Assembly (NCBI RefSeq): GCF_021028975.2
Contig: NC_059427.1
Coordinates: 72,416,001-72,480,000 of the forward strand
Length of the DNA stretch: 64,000 nt
Origin: Sphaerodactylus townsendi
Lineage: Eukaryota
Reading direction: 5' to 3'
Part shown: positions 60,601-64,000 of the stretch, one piece after another
Layout: every line of letters starts with the position of its first letter
Position numbering within the stretch: the stretch's first letter is position 1
Program-made: the position numbers and the translations under genes
The notes under the pieces: model-generated
What the model saw: the letters and a program-made list of their open reading frames with translations, nothing else
What the model was told of the DNA's origin: nothing
Databases searched by the model: none

Positions 60601-62363
60601 GGGTCAGCAACGTTTAACAACCAAAGAGCCATTTAGACCCATTTTCCACGGAAAAGAAAACACTTGGAGCCGCAAATACTTTTTGACATCTAAAATGAAG
60701 ATAACACTGTATATTCTCATGCAGGGAGAAGTTCCCTTCTTTGGGGCCCATTTTTACCCATCAAAGCAAAAGGAGGGGTGTGTGTGTAAAAAGCCTGTTG
60801 TTTTGTACATGATTCAAATGACCAGCAATAGAACCCCCATTTCACACATTTCTCTTTTCTTGTGTTGAAAAACACTGATTATGCCCCCTTCCAAAAGAAC
60901 CCCCTCAAATTCCACTTGGATGGTGGATCAAAATTGGTGCCTTTAATGGGGCTGTCAACTTCTGGGGGGGCTGAACTTCTCCCCCCCCCCCCGAGAAAAT
61001 GTCTGCCATGGAGGGTGGACTCAACAGCCATATTCCTCACTGAACATGGCCTCCGCCCTGGTCCCAAAAGCCACAGTTTCTGAGAATCTACCTCCAAATG
61101 TCCGGGGATTTACCTGCCAGGAGTTGGCAACCTGTGACAACCATGGCTGAGGATGATCCTGGCCTTCCTCCCTTCCACGATCTACAAGTTTACCCTCCAC
61201 TGGCTTACTCTGAAGTAAACCTTCCAAGATCCACGTGCAAGGCTTTCCCCATGCGCTTCTGCCCTCCTTGGCAATGCAGAAGCAAACACTTCCCACCCAC
61301 CCCGCCTCCCCATCAAACAGCCCCAATGAGTGCAACCTTGCAGGGCTGCAAGTAATAACTCCTTTAAAACCTGACATCGTCTTTCTCACCTGGACTCAGC
61401 CAGGCTGCCATCCGTCAGGAAAGCCCCTGGAGCTCAGCGGGGCTGCTGGGGGATCTGCAACCCAAGGTGGTGCTACTGGGGTCCCCCATGTGGTCCCGCC
61501 CCTCAAGAAGGACTTGGGGAGGGGAAAATGAGGCCACCCAAAGCAGGGTCGACCCCTGATCCCCCATCCAAGGGTGGCAGACTGAGGTTAGCATTGCGCT
61601 GAAAATCTGTGGTCCTGCAACTCCCTCCTATTTCCTGCTCTTCGCCGCTCACCTATTCAAGAGGATCCACCAGCAATGCTCTGCCCCCCCCCCCCCGCGC
61701 CGTCATCACCGGCATCAGCCAACCAGGCAGCTGGGCAGGGAAGCTGAAAGTGGCTTGGGATAGCCGCCTTGGGCTGTGCCTCTCTAGGAATGGGGACTCT
61801 TTCCCATTAACCCTTAGGGCTACTCTCCGAAGGACGCTGAGAGGACCCAAGCCACCCGGAGCCGCACTACAAGGACGAAAGAGCCGCATACGACACTGGA
61901 GCTGTAGGTTGCAGACCCCTGATATAGCCCATCAATACATGTAGTTTCTCCAATAGGGTAAATAGTACATTCCAAGGACTATCTCTGATAGGGAAAATGG
62001 TGTGCGGGGAAGGCTTAAGCACCCTTTCCCCACCTTCTGTAGCCTCAGTCTTAATCAGCCAATTTATCTTTTCCCATGCATCCCTTTTGTACCAGTCTTT
62101 CTCACTGAGCTCTTATGACCTCCACGCTACACACAAAGACATGGCCTACCAATAAGAAAGGATGGTGAATTCACTTTCAGAATCCACACACTAGGCTAGG
62201 GACTAGGAGGAGGCCAAGGAGGGTCTTGTACTGCAGATGCCAAGGGAGGCATCCTTCTGAGATACTCACCAATGACATGCCTTGAGTCTGGCAGGCTGAA
62301 AAGCTGCTGAAGAACAAGCCCTTCCATCTGCTGGCCTCGAAATGTAGATATGAATTGTGAAAC
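48698..62363 (-). CDS. Uncharacterised WD40-repeat protein, 12 exons / 444 codons recovered, 5'-incomplete
   Basis: complement(join(48698-48760,49378-49471,49556-49668,50142-50322,50543-50667,50892-50986,51140-51215,52218-52314,53196-53402,58703-58793,59954-60052,62270-62363)), 1335 nt with no internal stop, all GT-AG and phase-matched. WD blades include [50 protein letters not shown] and [24 protein letters not shown]. Confidence 0.88.
52855..53030 (-). mobile_element. tRNA-derived squamate SINE
   Basis: Minus-strand GTGTGGTATAGTGGTTAGAG head, B-box GTTCAAATCC and core CCTCACAGGG. Confidence 0.6.
53835..54379 (-). mobile_element. Young CR1 LINE, 3' end (5'-truncated)
   Basis: ORF 54027-54380 ([46 protein letters not shown]) plus a 3' UTR and (TTCTTATG)n tail. 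Confidence 0.92.
55080..58393 (+). mobile_element. CR1 LINE with nearly complete but frameshifted ORF2 (APE endonuclease + RT)
   Basis: [16 protein letters not shown] (about 55283), [22 protein letters not shown], GVPx[10 protein letters not shown] (57371-57394), [14 protein letters not shown] and a 3' (TTCTTATG)3 tail. Same family as 53835-54379. Confidence 0.93.
58965..59690 (+). mobile_element. Probable solo ERV-type LTR in an intron of the WD40 gene
   Basis: CpG-rich block with TATAAAA (59572-59578) followed by AATAAA (59639-59644), a U3-R-U5-like layout. TGTATT...AATAC ends are plausible but no TSD was resolved. Confidence 0.5.
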
Positions 62364-64000
62364 CTGAAAACAGGTCAATACAGAGAATCTAAAGCTTTAG
62401 CATCTCTTGCTCTCTATTTCTGTCTTACACTGTGGAATGGTCCACAAGAGCCATCTTTACTTGGGAGTCAGGCAAAGTCATAATGGAAAGAGGAACCAAT
62501 CCAGTCTGCTCTGCCTCCTATAGTACATGACAGAACTCTTGATAGAGCTGTGAATTACTGTTGTCATAGTAGGTTCACAGCAATGTTAAATCACAGAAAA
62601 TTCAGCAGTGGTTCGCTTCTGAAGTGCTAATCATGCAAAAGTGAGGAAATTCCATCTATGTATATAAAAATCAAACCGTGAGTTTGTTCCTGATGGTCTA
62701 GCACAGGAACTGCTGGGCCAATTCCTCTGAAAATTTCCAGCCACTGCAGTCAGCCAGGCAAGAGTGTTTGTAGATGTTAACATACCTGAAATTTCATACC
62801 TGGCCCAGGTAAAACACCTTTTCCTGGCACTCCATGGTGAAGGACATGAAGCTGCCTGTGTTTAACTGTCAGCCTTAGAATGGGTGGCATGCAAGGGACG
62901 GGAGGGAGGGGCCAGCCAGCCTACATTCCCTGAATACTGCGGTTACAGTTCAGAAAACCAGGCACGCGTTACTTAGGAGTAAGCTCAGTAAAGCAACCAT
63001 GACATACTTTGAATGGCTGCGTCGCGCCCCTCAGAGGGTTTACTCAGAAGTGACACCCATTGCCACCAACCAAACTTACTCCCAGGTAAAGGATCATGAC
63101 CAGCCAGCCTAGATGTGTGGGAGGGGTGCCTTTCCATTACCCCCCAAGGAATGCGGTCATACACATCAATGACATCGCACAGTATCAGGCTGCGCGTTTC
63201 CATGAGCACGTACTGCTGGCCTCTGCAATTGATTTGCTGCTACTGTTCCTTTCCCATTTCACCACAATAACCCATAGCAATGCGTGGCCGGGTACCACTA
63301 GTTTTGAATATATTTAGGGAGCAACTTGAAAACTAAGAAATATAATATTGAAGCATCCATGCAATAAGAGTTGTAAATTTAGTTGTGCTTAGAATGGGAA
63401 AATACAACTAGGGAGATTATTTGAAAAGACCAAATTAAATCTTTCTTCTGTCTAATACGTGATATTTAAGAGGACTGGAACAATTTTTTAATGTAAAATA
63501 GATGTGTATGGTGTTTTTGTTATGTACGTAATATTATTTATTCATTGGTTTGTTATAACAAAAAGACTTGGCTTTGTAACTTAGGTCATTTTCAGCTGAG
63601 AATAAAGAATTTCTGTGTGGTTAAAGCCAATTTAGAATGGGCACCCTTTAAAGAAAAATCATCCCAGGTAGCAGCTTTCTGCAGGTCACTGATCCTTGAG
63701 CAATCACTTGGTACAAACTATTACATTTTGACAAATTACTAGACTGAGATATTGTACGCTGGTCTTCCCTCAAAGTCAGTTCTGAAACCTCACCTGGTAC
63801 AGAATGCCACAGTTCATCTATTATCAGGAGCGGGAAGAAGAATGCATATACTCCCATCCTGCAGGATGCCCAAAAGTGACTAGGTTCAATTCAAAGTATT
63901 AGCTAGCACACACAGAGCCCTTCATAGCCTCGGAACCTCATATATATAAGACTGCATCTCCTGTTGTGGTCCACCGTGACAGATTTGCACGTTGGATCAT

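Noticed and set aside
62655-62990. Second Helitron-like element (TCTATGTATATAAAAATC start)
   Set aside because: The 5' end is suggestive, but I could not confirm a 3' hairpin or CTAG terminus.
63079-63870. Possible upstream exons of the WD40 gene (about 63141-63222 'METRSLILCDVIDVYDRIPWG' and about 63794-63860)
   Set aside because: The first has a phase-0 donor but no WD40 character. The second has a stop in the required frame. Neither is supported enough to join.

Overview
This is vertebrate genomic DNA. The repeat content (CR1, RTE, L2, Penelope-derived hammerhead elements, PIF/hAT MITEs, Ty1/copia) points to a squamate reptile, probably a gecko; that assignment is inference. By hand-splicing GT-AG exons I can rebuild four complete minus-strand genes: B4GALT7 (6 exons, 322 aa), TMED9 (5 exons, 224 aa), LMAN2 (8 exons, 357 aa) and an ARL3-like small GTPase (6 exons, 187 aa). 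Two further genes are largely invisible in the ORF track. One is a plus-strand, divergent class-I RAB11FIP-like C2-domain gene (about 0.4-5.6 kb) with no recognisable Rab11-binding domain. The other is a minus-strand WD40-repeat gene with 12 phase-consistent exons (48698-62363, 444 codons, 5' end not found) that I cannot name. Non-coding highlights are several minimal type-I hammerhead ribozymes in Penelope-derived elements, a decayed Ty1/copia element with nested insertions, a tandem LTR dimer with three target-site copies in an ARL3-like intron, and a near-complete CR1 ORF2. There is a 148-N assembly gap at 39396-39543. All exon coordinates were derived manually and no database search was run.
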